Shown: positions 24,747 through 40,842 of the stretch, piece after piece
Position numbering within the stretch: the first letter of the stretch is position 1
How the letters are laid out: each line of letters opens with the position of its first letter
Origin: Spirogloea muscicola
Lineage: Eukaryota
Assembly (NCBI GenBank): GCA_009602725.1
Contig: WELB01000002.1
Coordinates: 2,144,991-2,208,990, forward strand
DNA length: 64,000 bases
Reading direction: 5' to 3'
Notes under the pieces: model-generated
The model's input: the letters and a program-made list of their open reading frames with translations, nothing else
Database searches by the model: none
What the model was told of the DNA's origin: nothing
Position numbers and translations under genes: made by a program

Positions 24747-26635
24747 TTTAAATGAGTGACTGAGTGAGATCTCTGTGTGCCACTATGAGCGGATCTACGT
24801 CTGGACCACCGAGACGAGGGCAATCGCTTATCCTTTATTGTGGGCTGGCCTCTCGCAGCCATTGCCTTCCACTAGAAGAGCTGCTTCTTCTGGAAGGAGC
24901 AAACCCTTCTGGAGCACACCCAGTTGGGTACTCGGAGTGGAGGATACAAGAAGCTGAGGCTGTTGAGTAGTGCTAACAATGACTACAGTGTCATTTGTCT
25001 ACATAGCCCATGGTCTTTGGAGGGCTCTACAGCTTCCCATATACCTCTGTTATTGCAGCAGCTTTTCCATTCTGTACTAGGAAGCATCCAGTCAACAAGT
25101 TGCCATAACTTGGGCGTAATGATGGGCATCAAGCCGCCCAGTGAGTTAATAATAGGTTGTTATTCAAAAGCTGGCGACTCTTCTCAGTTGACTTTGACAG
25201 CCGCCGCTGCCATCGCTTCTTCCACACTTCCAGGTTCTCTAGCTGGCGATGTGCTCCTCTATTCAGCACCAGCAGAGGACTACCATTGAGCAATCTGCAT
25301 TTGTACCACCAAGACAGGGGCAGTCTGCCGGTCCAGTGCAGAGGGCAGCTAAGTACTCGGAGTAGGGCAGGAGATAGCGAGGGGCAGCAGCAGTGGGTAC
25401 TGTAGTAATGCAATTAGAGGAGTATGTAGCTCTTGACGAGCAACGATAGCCACAGGTTGTGCCATCCTGAATAATTGTCCTCACATCGAGCCACTGGCGA
25501 CGCTTCCCTGCTGCCAGTCTGTCTATATGATGCTAAAATGTGGTTACTGCGTTTGGTATATGGGACACTCTTGCTATCTGAGAAGCCCCGTCTGTTGTTG
25601 CAAGTTGCCCTGCTCTGTCGTTTTTCTCGGCCTAGCCTCTCTTAGCCCCCTTTCTCAATGGAACATTGCTTTCTTCCTATGATTGCTTCCTGCCTTGGAC
25701 ATTTCACTCCAGATACCTGTCGTGATACTTGTCGTGCAAGTGGTCAGGCAGAAGATAATCAGGGGCAACTCTCCGATCAGGCACATGGCACTCTATATGC
25801 TTCGCTGTTTGCTGGGGCGATGTTGTCATTATTGTCCTAACAAGCTCAAATAGCTGTGCATAGCTGGTCAATGTGCCACATATGTCTCGAAGCACTGTGG
25901 CACATTATCTCTTCCAACACATAGTTGCTGCAATGCAGGCAGTATTAGGTTCCAGTGTAACATAGTCATCGTCGTTCTATTTGGCCTCCATCTTCAATCT
26001 TGCCAGCAGAAGCGCATTTACGACTGACACTTCAAAGTCAAGAGAGCTCTACTTTGCAGAATAAACAATTAAATGGAGCCGCCGAGAATTTGACACCCAG
26101 CTGCAATAAGGGTGTACAAGACCAATCAAAGGTAAGGGAGAAACGGAAAGCACAAAGACTGGGACGTCGTCAGCGCTGCTCACCTTTGAAGAGCGCGAGG
26201 TCAAGCAATGGAGCTGAGCTAAGTAATCTACATGCACATTGCCAATCTGCACAGAACTGGAGTTCCCAAGGTCTGGATCTTAACTAGAGGGGCTAGATGA
26301 TACCTGGTCGTCGTATTCGGGGTCCTTGGCACGCAGGGCCACCTTTACACAGGGTCCTACCTGAGTGCCCACCCTAAAGATATAATCATTGGTTGGTCAG
26401 CTCCGCCGGCAAACGAAGACCTGCTGCACCACGCGGCCTTGCGGCTGGGGTTTGCCGTGCGCGATCAGCGCAGAGCGTACCGACCCACGTCAAACTCTCA
26501 GCAGGTGTGCAGCCTCAGGGGCGTCGAAGGTGGCGCCGAAGCCTCCGTCACAGAGCGCACACAGAGCAAGCAAGATCCTGGGCTTGCACAACCGGCGACA
26601 GCGCCGACGCAGGCGCTGCGGCCGCGCCCAGCGTG

Positions 26636-27011
26636 TCAGAGAGAGCCGTCGGCGAGGCGGGCGACGTAGGAGTCGATGCCGCCGGTGTCGCCGCGGGCGA
26701 CGGGCGTGAGGTACAGCGTGCCGTGGTAGAGCCGGCCGGCGCGCGCCTCGAAGATGGCCACGCCGCACACGTCGTTGCGCCCGGCGTCGTCTGTCAGGCG
26801 GCACTCCACGAAGCCCGTTACGCGGCCATCGCCGCCGCCGCCGCCGCCGTCGCCGCCGTGGTCGTCGAACGACATGCGGCGCAGCTCGTAGCGCAGGCCC
26901 GGCACCGTAGGCAGCAGCCTCTCGTAGACGCCGCGCACCTGTGCTGCCAGCCATCGGCGGCGGCGGTCAGCGCCAGGCCCGCCGCCACGCCCGCCGGCCG
27001 CCGCGGGCCGC
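26636..27011 (-). CDS. NTF2/SnoaL-like fold protein, 5' end in gap
   Basis: VRGVYERLLPTVPGLRYEL...FVECRLT...VCGVAIFEARAGRLYHGTLYLTPV...GGIDSYVARL*; strong GC3 bias. Confidence 0.65.
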
Positions 27012-27872
27012 NNNNNNNNNNNNNNNNNNNNNNNNNNNNNNNNNNNNNNNNNNNNNNNNNNNNNNNNNNNNNNNNNNNNNNNNNNNNNNNNNNNNNNNNN
27101 NNNNNNNNNNNNNNNNNNNNNNNNNNNNNNNNNNNNNNNNNNNNNNNNNNNNNNNNNNNNNNNNNNNNNNNNNNNNNNNNNNNNNNNNNNNNNNNNNNNN
27201 NNNNNNNNNNNNNNNNNNNNNNNNNNNNNNNNNNNNNNNNNNNNNNNNNNNNNNNNNNNNNNNNNNNNNNNNNNNNNNNNNNNNNNNNNNNNNNNNNNNN
27301 NNNNNNNNNNNNNNNNNNNNNNNNNNNNNNNNNNNNNNNNNNNNNNNNNNNNNNNNNNNNNNNNNNNNNNNNNNNNNNNNNNNNNNNNNNNNNNNNNNNN
27401 NNNNNNNNNNNNNNNNNNNNNNNNNNNNNNNNNNNNNNNNNNNNNNNNNNNNNNNNNNNNNNNNNNNNNNNNNNNNNNNNNNNNNNNNNNNNNNNNNNNN
27501 NNNNNNNNNNNNNNNNNNNNNNNNNNNNNNNNNNNNNNNNNNNNNNNNNNNNNNNNNNNNNNNNNNNNNNNNNNNNNNNNNNNNNNNNNNNNNNNNNNNN
27601 NNNNNNNNNNNNNNNNNNNNNNNNNNNNNNNNNNNNNNNNNNNNNNNNNNNNNNNNNNNNNNNNNNNNNNNNNNNNNNNNNNNNNNNNNNNNNNNNNNNN
27701 NNNNNNNNNNNNNNNNNNNNNNNNNNNNNNNNNNNNNNNNNNNNNNNNNNNNNNNNNNNNNNNNNNNNNNNNNNNNNNNNNNNNNNNNNNNNNNNNNNNN
27801 NNNNNNNNNNNNNNNNNNNNNNNNNNNNNNNNNNNNNNNNNNNNNNNNNNNNNNNNNNNNNNNNNNNNNNNN

Positions 27873-30808
27873 GCCCACGCGGCGGTCGCCCACGCCGTGT
27901 ACGAGGTCCAGACCGCGCTCCTGGAGGGGCCCCCCGCAGACGCCGCCGCCGCGCTGCGGGCCGCCGCGCGCCTCCTCACGCGCGCCGAGTACGACGACGT
28001 CGCCAGCGAGCGCTCCATGGCCGGCTCCTGCGGCTGGCCCGCCTGTGCGGGGGTTGCCGCCACCGCTGCCCCGGCGGCTGCCGGCGGCAAGCCCCGTGCG
28101 CGCTACCACATCTCGCTGCGTGAGAAGAAGGTCTACGACATGCAGGTCAGCCTTCGCCGCAGGCGCAACTGGAGGTGCCGTCGCATGCTAGCCTGTGCTT
28201 GCACAGAGGTGTGTCTGACCTTTGTGTGGTGGGCTGTGCGTCGTGACTGCAGGATGCTGGCCGGTTCTGCAGCGCGGCATGCAGCACGGCGAGCGCAGTG
28301 TATGCTGCGCAGCTGCCGCTGGCGCGGGAGGGCCTCCTGGGCGCCGACGAGCTCGCGACCGCGGTATGCGACGTGAAGGCCGGGCTCCGGGACTCCTCCG
28401 ATGCGGCTCTGCTCGGGTCACCGGTGGAGCTGGCCGCACTGACGCAGGCTGCGGGGGAGGCCGAAGGCGTCTCCACGGACCACCATGGACTGCCTGGCTC
28501 TGCTGCCGGCGAGGAGGGCCAGCTGCAGGTGTCCGAGCGGGGGCCTTCGCCTTCGCCAGACTTGCCCATGGACGCCACTCCGGCGCCACCGGGCCCGGCG
28601 GGCGCCGTGGAGGGCTACGTCCCGCAGCGGAGCCATGGTGCGGCGGGCACGTGGGAGGCGTCCCAGACTCTGCGGCGCGGCCGCTACATGGCCAACGTCC
28701 ATCAGGCGAGGCAGCCTGCGGTGTCGGAGATGGCAGGAGCTTCGGCGCCGCCTTCGATAGCAGCGGACTGCCCGGCCGTGCTCGACAACATTGAAGCTGA
28801 AGTTGGCGGTGCAGCTGCAGCGTCTGGAGGCTCCATGGCTGCTGGCGTGGCCGGGGACCAGGCCAGTGTCGGCAGTGAGGGAAGCGACGATGAGGAGGGG
28901 TCTTGGCCTCGCAGCCGCGACTCTCTGGAGATTGCCAGAGTGCGCACCTGCCGCATCAGAGATCGAGTCGCCGGTGGCAGCAGGAGCTCCAGCAACTCCA
29001 CGCTGTCTGACCAGCATGTGGCGTTGACGTTGTCGCCAACGGCAGCGTCAGGGACTGGGACTCCCCGGTCGGCCCTGAGCAGCGTGCAGGGGAGCCCTGC
29101 CGGCAGCACGGCCCGGCTGTCACGCCGCGTGTCGTGGGCCGACGAGATGGGCCAGGAGCTGCTCTGCATCCAAGCAGCGGGCACGGCAAGCGCCGCCGGC
29201 AATGGTGATGCGATCGGCGCCAGGGACAGCCAGCTTGGAACCTCAGCGCTGCGGTCCCTCTCCTCTTGCAGCAAGGATACTGCCTCGCGGCGGCGCGTGG
29301 CTCACAAGGACACCGCCCATGCAAACAGCTCTCACCACAGCGGCAAGGACAAGGACGAGCGCTTGGCATCCGCCGAAGCAATGGCTGAGGCGCTTGCCTG
29401 CGCCGCCGCAGCTGTCGAGGCCGGAGAAGTCGACTGCAGCCTTGCAGGTGTGCTGCTTGTTTGATGAGTGTCGTGGCAATGCTATTTGCAGAGAAGGACT
29501 TTGATGCATGCTGCGAAGCTTACTTCAATGACACTGTGCTACCATGCGGTTCGCAGCTTCCGTCATGGGGGTGGCAATACAAGCGGCCGGCCAGTCGCCC
29601 GCGTGCAGTAGGGAGGAGTCTGCCGCCGACGACGAGGCAACTGACGAGACCGACAATGATGAAGACGACGATGGCTGGCTCGACCAGCCTCCGGCAGGCT
29701 TCTGGTCCAAGGTGGACTCGTCTTGCTGATGCATACACTGTGCTTGTCGATTGCTTAATTAGCTCAGTCCTTGGTCTGCCTTATGCAAGCAGGCAGATTG
29801 ACAGCGGTGTGCTCCTTGCTACTGTTACATTGACTGCTCGTTGACCTTGCCGCGTTGCTCATTCCTCTGCTCCAGCTCTCACCATTTGGCTCGCTGTGGA
29901 TGGCCTTGGAGGGGTGGATCTCGGCGGCGTCCATTGCCTTCTTCTACAAGCGGCCCCAGTCTGGCGACGCCTGGCTCGAGCTCGGCGGGCGGGAGTACGG
30001 CCCTCGCACGGTGCTCCGTGATGGCACATCAGCTGGAATTGCGAAGACATTTGCCGAGTGTGTCGGGCGAAGCCTGCCTGAGGTCCAGCAGGCACTGCGG
30101 CTCTCGGTGTCAAACTCAGCTCTTCAGCAAGCCACTGTAAGCCCATTTCAGATTTTCTGCTTCACGTGCCCAAGCTTTACAAAGTTCTCTGACGAACACA
30201 CACCCATGTAGAGCAGTATCGACTTTGGACCTTACAATCGCTATCAGACGCTGGTTTGGACCAGTAAGACAGGCTTGCCAGACTCTCATTTCAGGACACT
30301 TCGGGAGAATAAGCGTCTGTCAGTCACTCACAGCGTGCTCTTGGCTGATGCGATGCAGAGCAAAGCAGTGGTGACCATGAGCTTCATGGACCCTCTCCCG
30401 GCATTCAGCCGAAAGCAGTGGCAGATTGTGACCCTGCTGCTAATCGAGGCGCTGTCGGTGGAACAGCTGCCTGGTCTTGAGCACCAGCTAAAACTCAATG
30501 CCAAGCATGCACTTAAGGTGCAGTCTTCAGTCCTGCTGATGGTGCTCATTGTCTGCGCGCCAGATAGAGCAATCTGGTGGCGACTAGCTCCATCCACTAC
30601 CGTATCCCTTGCAAATGTCAAAACCTTTTGTCAAGATTCTGCTTAGAGGTCTTTTTCCCTTTTAGAGCTCTGCCTGTGGAGCCTCAGCTTCGGCTTCTCT
30701 GTGCATCTGTGGTTGCAGCTAGTAACGGAAGCTGGACTTTCAGAAGAGGAGTACTTGGTTCTGAGGAGCCTGCCACTCCCCTGCCCCACCTCGTCACTGT
30801 CGTTCTGA
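27873..30808 (+). CDS. RPAP2: RNA polymerase II CTD phosphatase RPAP2/Rtr1 homolog, 5' end in gap
   Basis: LLTRAEYDDVASERSMAGSCGWPAC...YHISLREKKVYD...FCSAAC zinc motif; plant-type C-terminus LSPFGSLWMALEGWIS and TMSFMDPLPAFSRKQWQIVTLLLIEALS. Confidence 0.88.
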
Positions 30809-31913
30809 TTGCACACGGGATCTCGAGCTTTTGAAAGAGTCCGTACATCAAGGTGAGGGACATTGTAGATTGCTGTAAGTACATGTAGATTCTCCTTAGG
30901 GCGCTGGCAGCCTAAAGCCAAGAGATTTTGCGGGATCAGGTTGGAGACTTAAGCCCTTCTGCACATGTTGCACTTTGACGATGGTGCTTATGAGAGAATG
31001 TGCGAGTCTGACTTCTAGTATCACTCGAGGGAGCATACCCCATGCGACCTATGGCGACAGCCTTGCTGTCTTCAGTGTAGGCCAGCCTGTGCCACTGTGC
31101 GGCCAGTTTTGTCTTGGCAATATTGTAAGAGAGCTTCGGCTCCACAGTGGCCTCATCTTAACCCACTTATGCACAACAGATCTGACAATGTCGTGTGGAG
31201 CCCTTCGTCATGTGCATACTTAATGGACATCCAAGAGGAAGTTTGTTTCTTTGAATATCACAAAGTTTCTGGTGCTGGTTCACAGCCTTGGTGTGCTCAT
31301 AGTGCAACCCAGCAGCAGGAGACTAACAAAGTGGAGGTGCTTGAGATGACTTCGGAAGAACGAAGCCAAGCAGAGGCTTGTGACATTCGTACACTTGACA
31401 AGCAGTCTCTGACCCCTCGATGCTCCCTGGAGGCAAGCTTGCTTGACATGAGCATAGATTGCCTTCTTTGTGTACTGGCGAGTAAGTAAACCTCCCGTCA
31501 GAATGTAGCAAAAAGGCAAAGCAAATAGACAGACAGTGACTACGTCAAGGAAAGAGAAGAATGGGCTTCATTGACATCTTCCTATGTGACTGCAGCTTCT
31601 GGTTGCCTTGCTGCCATCGTGGCACATCGTCGCGGATGCCATGACACTATGGATGTTGGAGGTATGACCAACAGGTGCTACAGAGACTCGACTACTGTGT
31701 GACCAAAGCGCCTCCAAATGACTAGTCAGCATGCAACTCAAGGTCTCAATATTGCGCAAGAGATTAGTGCAAGCCTTACTGGCACAAGGATGCAAGTATG
31801 CCAGGTAGATCGTGGTGCTTAGAGTGTCCTGTGTGCGCTATTATAGTGGACTAACAGGAACGTCAGGTCGGGCAGCAAGCACGTGGCCGCCTAGACAGCC
31901 GCAGGCAGCCGCC

Positions 31914-32604
31914 TCAGCCCGAGACCTGCGTGTTGAGAATGGACTGCAGGATGCCGAGGACCATGAATGCGAGCATGGGCGAGAGGTCCAGAGCGCCGAA
32001 GAAGGGCGGGAGGAGGTTGCGGAAGAGGTTGAGGTATGGGTCGCACATGTCGCGCATCGCCTGCAGCGGCTGGCGCTCCCACGGGATGTTGGGGAACCAG
32101 CTGAGCAGCACGCGGATCATGAGCACGCCGCTGTACAGCTCCAGCCACTTGGCCATCCCGCTGCGCCCGCCGCCGCCGCCAAGCCACCGACCGACCCGGA
32201 TGTGAGTACGACAAAGATGGTCATGGGCACGCTCGCCACGGCAAGGCGAGCGTCCAGGTACCAACTTGGGTGCCCACGATAGCGCCGCCGAGCTGCTGCC
32301 GGCGACGCAGGGTGGGCGGCGTTCCTCACCTGGCCACGACGGTCAGCGGCGTGTTCACGGGCCCCGACTGGCTGATGGCCGCAAACACCGCCGGCGCGGC
32401 GCACGCCAGCAGGCCCCGCCCCAGCTGCTGCACCGCCGGCTCCAGCTCAGGCCCGGTGCCGGCGGGCAGGCTCACGGCCGTCATGGCTCCGGCGGCCCTC
32501 TGGACGACGGCCGCCAGCGCCGCCGCGACTGCCGAAGCTGCAGCCACGCCCAGCGACACAGAACTGAGCTGCCGCTGTGACCGCCGCCGCCATGGCGCCG
32601 TCAT
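31914..32604 (-). CDS. YLMG1: YGGT-family plastid membrane protein (YLMG1-like)
   Basis: NTPLTVVA|..MAKWLELYSGVLMIRVLLSWFPNIPWERQPLQAMRDMCDPYLNLFRN...LDLSPMLAF; start may lie further upstream in the gap. Confidence 0.9.
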
Positions 32605-33018
32605 GGCGGCCGCCGCCGCTGCCGGAGGCGAGAGCCGGCGACGCGCTGCGGCGGCGACGGCGNNNNNNNNNNNNNNNNNNNNNNNNNNNNNNNNNNNNNN
32701 NNNNNNNNNNNNNNNNNNNNNNNNNNNNNNNNNNNNNNNNNNNNNNNNNNNNNNNNNNNNNNNNNNNNNNNNNNNNNNNNNNNNNNNNNNNNNNNNNNNN
32801 NNNNNNNNNNNNNNNNNNNNNNNNNNNNNNNNNNNNNNNNNNNNNNNNNNNNNNNNNNNNNNNNNNNNNNNNNNNNNNNNNNNNNNNNNNNNNNNNNNNN
32901 NNNNNNNNNNNNNNNNNNNNNNNNNNNNNNNNNNNNNNNNNNNNNNNNNNNNNNNNNNNNNNNNNNNNNNNNNNNNNNNNNNNNNNNNNNNNNNNNNNNN
33001 NNNNNNNNNNNNNNNNNN

Positions 33019-33112
<94 letters not shown>

Positions 33113-33292
33113 AGGCTGCGGAGACGGGTTTTCTAGGTTCCTCGGGTTGCTTCTTCTGGCTCTTACGCTGACGCGGACGCTGACGGTACACTGACCCTCT
33201 CGCTGGCGCTGACGGCCCGGAGCCGGCGCAGCGTCCGTCAGGGAGACTGTCGCTGCGCCTCCCGGCAGCGAAAGCAGCGGCGGCGGCGGCAC

Positions 33293-33323
<31 letters not shown>

Positions 33324-33998
33324 ACCGCCGTCAGCAAGCTGCGCCGCCACCAGAGCCACCGTCGCCGCCTTCGGCACAGCGATCGGCGGGGCTGCGCAGC
33401 GCTCTGTCTGGGCTTGCAACGGCCGCTTCTCGGTGCTCGATTGCGGCGACCCCGTCCGCTGCTTACCTCGAGCGCGGCCGCTCGGGGTCTCTCGACGCTC
33501 GCGCACCGGCTGTGGCGTCGGCGCTCCGCGGCGTCGCCGGCGCGTCGGGGCGATGGCAGGGAGGGGGTCGGGCAGATGCCACTGCCGCGGCGAGGCAAGG
33601 ACTGGGGACCTTGCCGTCATGACCCCTTATTGTTGAAGGGCCAAGGAGGTCATCAGTATGAGGCAGACCAGTACTGCTGTGCTCCTGGCGAGCTGTAAGA
33701 CGTCCAGCTTTGCACTGTGGAGCCGTGTGTGGCCCTGACCTCACGAATATGGCATGACCGAGGTAACGGCTCCTCCGTCTGGCCAAGAGCTCCTTGGATC
33801 GAAGCTCATCAGCTTGCGATCAGCATGCAGTGTGCAGCAGGGACTGCAGGCCGGTCATCTTGGGAACATCATGCCATGACTCGAGAAAACAGATAGAATC
33901 GATCACCGTAAGCTGCCCAGGCTCCTGACAACCATTGCGCCGGGAAAGCCGTCGTCGGCGTCGGCCACCGGTTCTGCTGTCGGCCCCCGCCCCGGGCG

Positions 33999-35650
33999 TC
34001 ACTCGCCGGCCACAGGCTCGTGGCGGCGCCACTGCCGGAAGTCCGGGCCGGCGCTGACGGCCAGGCCGATGCCCTGCTGGAAGCGGCCGCCCACGGTGCC
34101 CTCGCCGTAGTAGTACATGCGGAAGCTGCCGTCGGCCATGGCCACCACGCAGGGCGACTCCACGGTCTCGCTGTCCCACGCCGCCATGCCGCGCCGCGGC
34201 CCGAACACCGGCCCGCCCACGTCGCGATGCCAATGCCGTACTCGCCGCGGGCGCTCTGCCCGCAGTAGAACATCACCAGCTCGTCGGCGCTGACGCGCAG
34301 CACGTGTCGCGTGTGGGGGCCCAAGTCATCCCACGACCCCGGCGGCCCCGGGCCCAGCACGCGCTCGCCCTTGCGCCACTGCCGCCCATCCGATGACCAA
34401 GCAGTGCCCACTGCATAGGTGCCGTGCTCGAATGTGTGGTACGTCATCAGCCACTGGCTGCTCGCAGGCGGGGAGCTGACGCTGCCATTGGTGGTGGCGG
34501 TAGCGCTGGTCGCCTGGGGAGGCAGGACGCTCGGCCACCCCAGGCTGAGCTCGTCCCACGCGCTGGGCCCGCCGAAATCGAGCACCGGCGCGCCACCGGC
34601 TTCCCTGACAAAGTGCAGGCCATCGCTCGAAGTGGCGAGGCCCGGGCGGAAGCGCAGGCCGACCAGGCCCACCAGCCCAGACTGAGGCAGGTCAAGCGCG
34701 TCCCTCCCTGCGCCGAAGTAGTAGAGCAGCCACTCGCCTGACACCGGGTCCCTCACGAGGTCGCCAACGCCGACGTTCACGCAGTCAAAAGCGTCCTCAT
34801 CTGGCCATCCCAACAGTTCAAGGGAATTATGTCATCCAGCTCGTCAAGGTGAACAATACAAGCCAGTCACCAAGCTTAGCATGTGCGTCAGCCGCGAGCA
34901 CAGCAGCCTGCTGAACTCACCCGAACTTGGGTCGAGGACGGCGCCCCCCGGAAGGGGGCCTGTGACGCGCTGCCAGGAGACGCCGTCGGCGCTGGTGGCC
35001 AAGCCTACTCTCCCCATTGGGACCTTGATCGGCTGGCAATAAACGCCGTCAGCACCTTGCACCTTGTGAGCTGTCGGCCCAGCGCTAAAGGTGTAAGCAT
35101 CCCACCATTGGCACGTGCTGCTGAGCTCGCCATTGTCATCGCCAGTGGCGCCGTGACTGTCGCTGTTGCTCGTACCATATTGGTGGCTTACCACGCGGCC
35201 CAAGTACCTGCCAGGAGACAGTGCCAACGAGAATGAAGGCCAGGTGACTCGTGGCCAAAAGGGTGGGCCACAGCGATGCTATCGACCTTGACAAAAGGCA
35301 GAGAAGGTGCACCTACTGTCTTGACGTGCCTGAGACTTGCTCCCAGCATTGCTGCCTAGCGTATCGGCCTCCTTCCATGCCCATGCGGGCTTATCAGCTG
35401 CTCCAAGCTCTCCACCAGACTCTGCAGCTGCACGGGTCATTGGAGCGTCGATGCGAAGCCTGCGCCGTGCATCCGTGCTGGGCCTTCGTGGCCTGCAGAG
35501 AAGCAACCTTTTGACAGCGCAGGTCCCAGCCGCTTCCATTGCTCGGGGCTTGACCACTCCTCTCCGATCACAAGTGCCCTGACCAATCTCCATGCGGGCG
35601 CCAATCTGAAAAGTCTTCCGCGGGGTAACGACGCCCGAAACTAGCATGCC
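33999..35650 (-). CDS. Beta-propeller glycosyl-hydrolase-like protein (GH43/GH32-like fold) with an apparent frameshift near 34220; 5' end uncertain
   Basis: Repeated blades GLATSxDGxxW/F, WLLYYFG, WLMTYH, VMFYCG, FRMYYYG, and WD motifs. Confidence 0.7.
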
Positions 35651-36164
35651 TGCATGACAACATACAGGATCGCAGTGACAACCAAGTGCCATGTGTGCAA
35701 CGCATTCATTCACAGCCATGAGACTGAATTCACGCAGCATCTACAGGGGCAGCGAGCCGTTATCAATGGTGGACTGAGACTGCCGAACAGACCACCGGCG
35801 CCAGCAGAGCAAGTGCATTCCGTAGTTTCTGATCCGTAAAGTCTGGTTCGCTTGAGTGGGCTGGCCTCTGCCTCACTGAAGAAGACTCTGCGCTCCATTG
35901 AACTCCGCCTTTCCATCGTTGTAGTAAGAGACTGCAGTTCAAGGGAGCTGTCTGGGGTGCGAGACTCGGGAGCGGGACTGGCCACCAAAAGACGACCTGC
36001 CTATCGATGGCGCGCTTGCAGTGCGAGCTCGCCGGATTGCGGCGGGGTCGCCCACTGGCGCTGCGGAGGCTGCAGATGGGCGCCGCAGTCGCTGGCTGGC
36101 TGGCTTCGAGGCGGCGACGCCGCTGCGGGCGGCGGTGCGGAGGCGGCAAGCGGGCGCCGCGGGA

Positions 36165-36537
<373 letters not shown>

Positions 36538-36714
36538 ACACCCCCTTCCTCGGGGGGTCCTCCGCCCCGCATCGTGAGCCACGAGGCCCACGTGGGTGTC
36601 GCCGTACCTCTGTCCGAGCGACGCGTGGCGCCCCCCATTTAGTGCCGCGGTCGTTTTCTCTCGTTGGACGCGACGGGACGCAAGTCTTATGCAGCTGATG
36701 CTGTGGAGAGAGGA

Positions 36715-37510
36715 CGCTTCCAGGACATTTTCAGACATGCATGTGCTCACTCGGGGATATTTGGTGTCCCCCTTAGCTAGCTTATTACCCCGTAACGGGA
36801 CATCTGTAAGGCTAGAATTCGCCTCACTTTCAATGTCATGCGCGCCGCGTGCCGTCTTCCAGGAGAGGCGGTGGCTCGCTGAGGCCAGCCCGGAGAAAAG
36901 AATGAACAAAGCTCGAAGGGGCCAGGGAAAGCGCTGAAGTACACATCGAAGTGTGGGGCCTCTTTGTCTCAGCAAGCTGAGAGACGGCCCTTCTCCCTCA
37001 CTCGTGGCTACTTGGCTTCCATCTGTGGTCGTCTCGTGTCTAGCTGTGTGGGTTTTCTTTCCAGCTTTCTGGCAACTTTTGGCTCTTTGGACCTTGTCCG
37101 TACTTTTTGGGCTGGCCTTTCCCAGCCCCTACCCTCTACGAACGAGCACTTTCTTCCTCTGCTCGGAAACCCAAACCCTGATGCCAAGTCACAGTCTCTG
37201 TCCACTTGCGTGAGCTGTGGCCCTTCACAGCCACCGCTTCTTTGGCAGAAGGAGGAGCTCTTCCAAAAGGGGGCGGTGGCTGTGAGAGGCCAGCTCAAAA
37301 AATAAAGGCAAGGTCCAGGAGGGAGCCCGGACACAAAATTGCAATCCGCTCATCAGAACAAGTGGCTGGCAGCTCAGTCACCCACCTGGTCAACAGCCGC
37401 GGTCGGATCGAGTAGCAGCCAGAAGGAGTCGCGCCGCCTATTGCTGAGGCGGCATCCAAAGCACGGCCCAGCAAGCAGATGCAAGGAGAGCGCCTGCGAT
37501 GGCAAAGCAC
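36715..37510. mobile_element. Second cluster of RLE retrotransposon 3' fragments, both orientations
   Basis: TFSDMHVLTRGY relic (+), 3' UTR hairpin copies at about 36880, 37110, 37220 and 37285, and QALSLHLLAG relic (-). Confidence 0.75.
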
Positions 37511-37716
37511 TTCCTTCTCCACCCTCCACCTGTGGCCAACTCCAGCGTGCATCGGATGCTCTCGGAAGTCCTGGGCTGGCGGAGTCGAGCCACTGCCCCT
37601 GCTCCTTGTAGCCCCGTGGTTCCAACACCCCGCAGCACAAGTGCGCATGCGCAATTGCTGCATGTTAAACTGCCCTGCTCTTGCGGAAGCGAACATCAGT
37701 GCGATGGAAATGCACG

Positions 37717-40192
<2,476 letters not shown>

Positions 40193-40842
40193 GGCCGCCG
40201 CCGCGCCCCGACGCCGCCGCGGGGCCTACCTCCAGTTTCGCCTAACAGCTGCCGCTGGGGCCTGCAGCGGGGGCCGCTCGCGCCGCTGGCCCGCACTACC
40301 CGCCATGGAGGCCCCGGCCTGGGGAGTCACGAGCCGGCCAGGAGCTCAAGACCTCACGGCGGCGGCGGCGGCGGCGGCGGCGGTGCAGGGCCAGCGCGAG
40401 GTCCCGGCGCGTACTCGGGAGGGACTGCAGCTCCAGGGAAGGAATGAAGAAGGCGACCCGTTGGCAGCCTAGTATCTAGGATGTGGCAGATGTTCTGCAG
40501 AGGCCGGTGTTTTCTGATGTAGAGGATTTTAGGCGCATGCCCACTAGTCTGCTGTACCTAACAGCATTCGACTTGTGACGGAGGTAGGCGATCTGGCTGT
40601 CCGCCGGATCGGCGTGAGGGGTTCCGGCGCTGCCCGCCACGCGCGGGCAGTGGATGTGGAAGCGTCCACGAATATCTCACTGGACTCTGCGGGGTTCATA
40701 GACAGGGGCTACTAGGTGCGGGGGGAGTCATTGGAGTCATTTCGCTCCGAGGGTTTATTTGTGAGCCGGGCAGCCGCTAGCCCGCCGGGCAGGGGTGGCC
40801 AGCCGCAGGGCCACGCCAGACTTTCCACCCCAGCCGCCCGCC

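Noticed and set aside
24924..26400. Short ORFs between the DHHC and NTF2-like genes
   Set aside because: No recognisable motifs or consistent exon chain.
33019..33065. Poly-A run as a retroposon tail
   Set aside because: It is 47 nt and abuts an N gap; the poly-T at 52545-52591 is also 47 nt beside an N, which points to a k-mer or gap-filling artefact.
33130..33800. Possible gene on the plus strand after the gap
   Set aside because: GC-rich open frames, but no identifiable protein or reliable splice structure.
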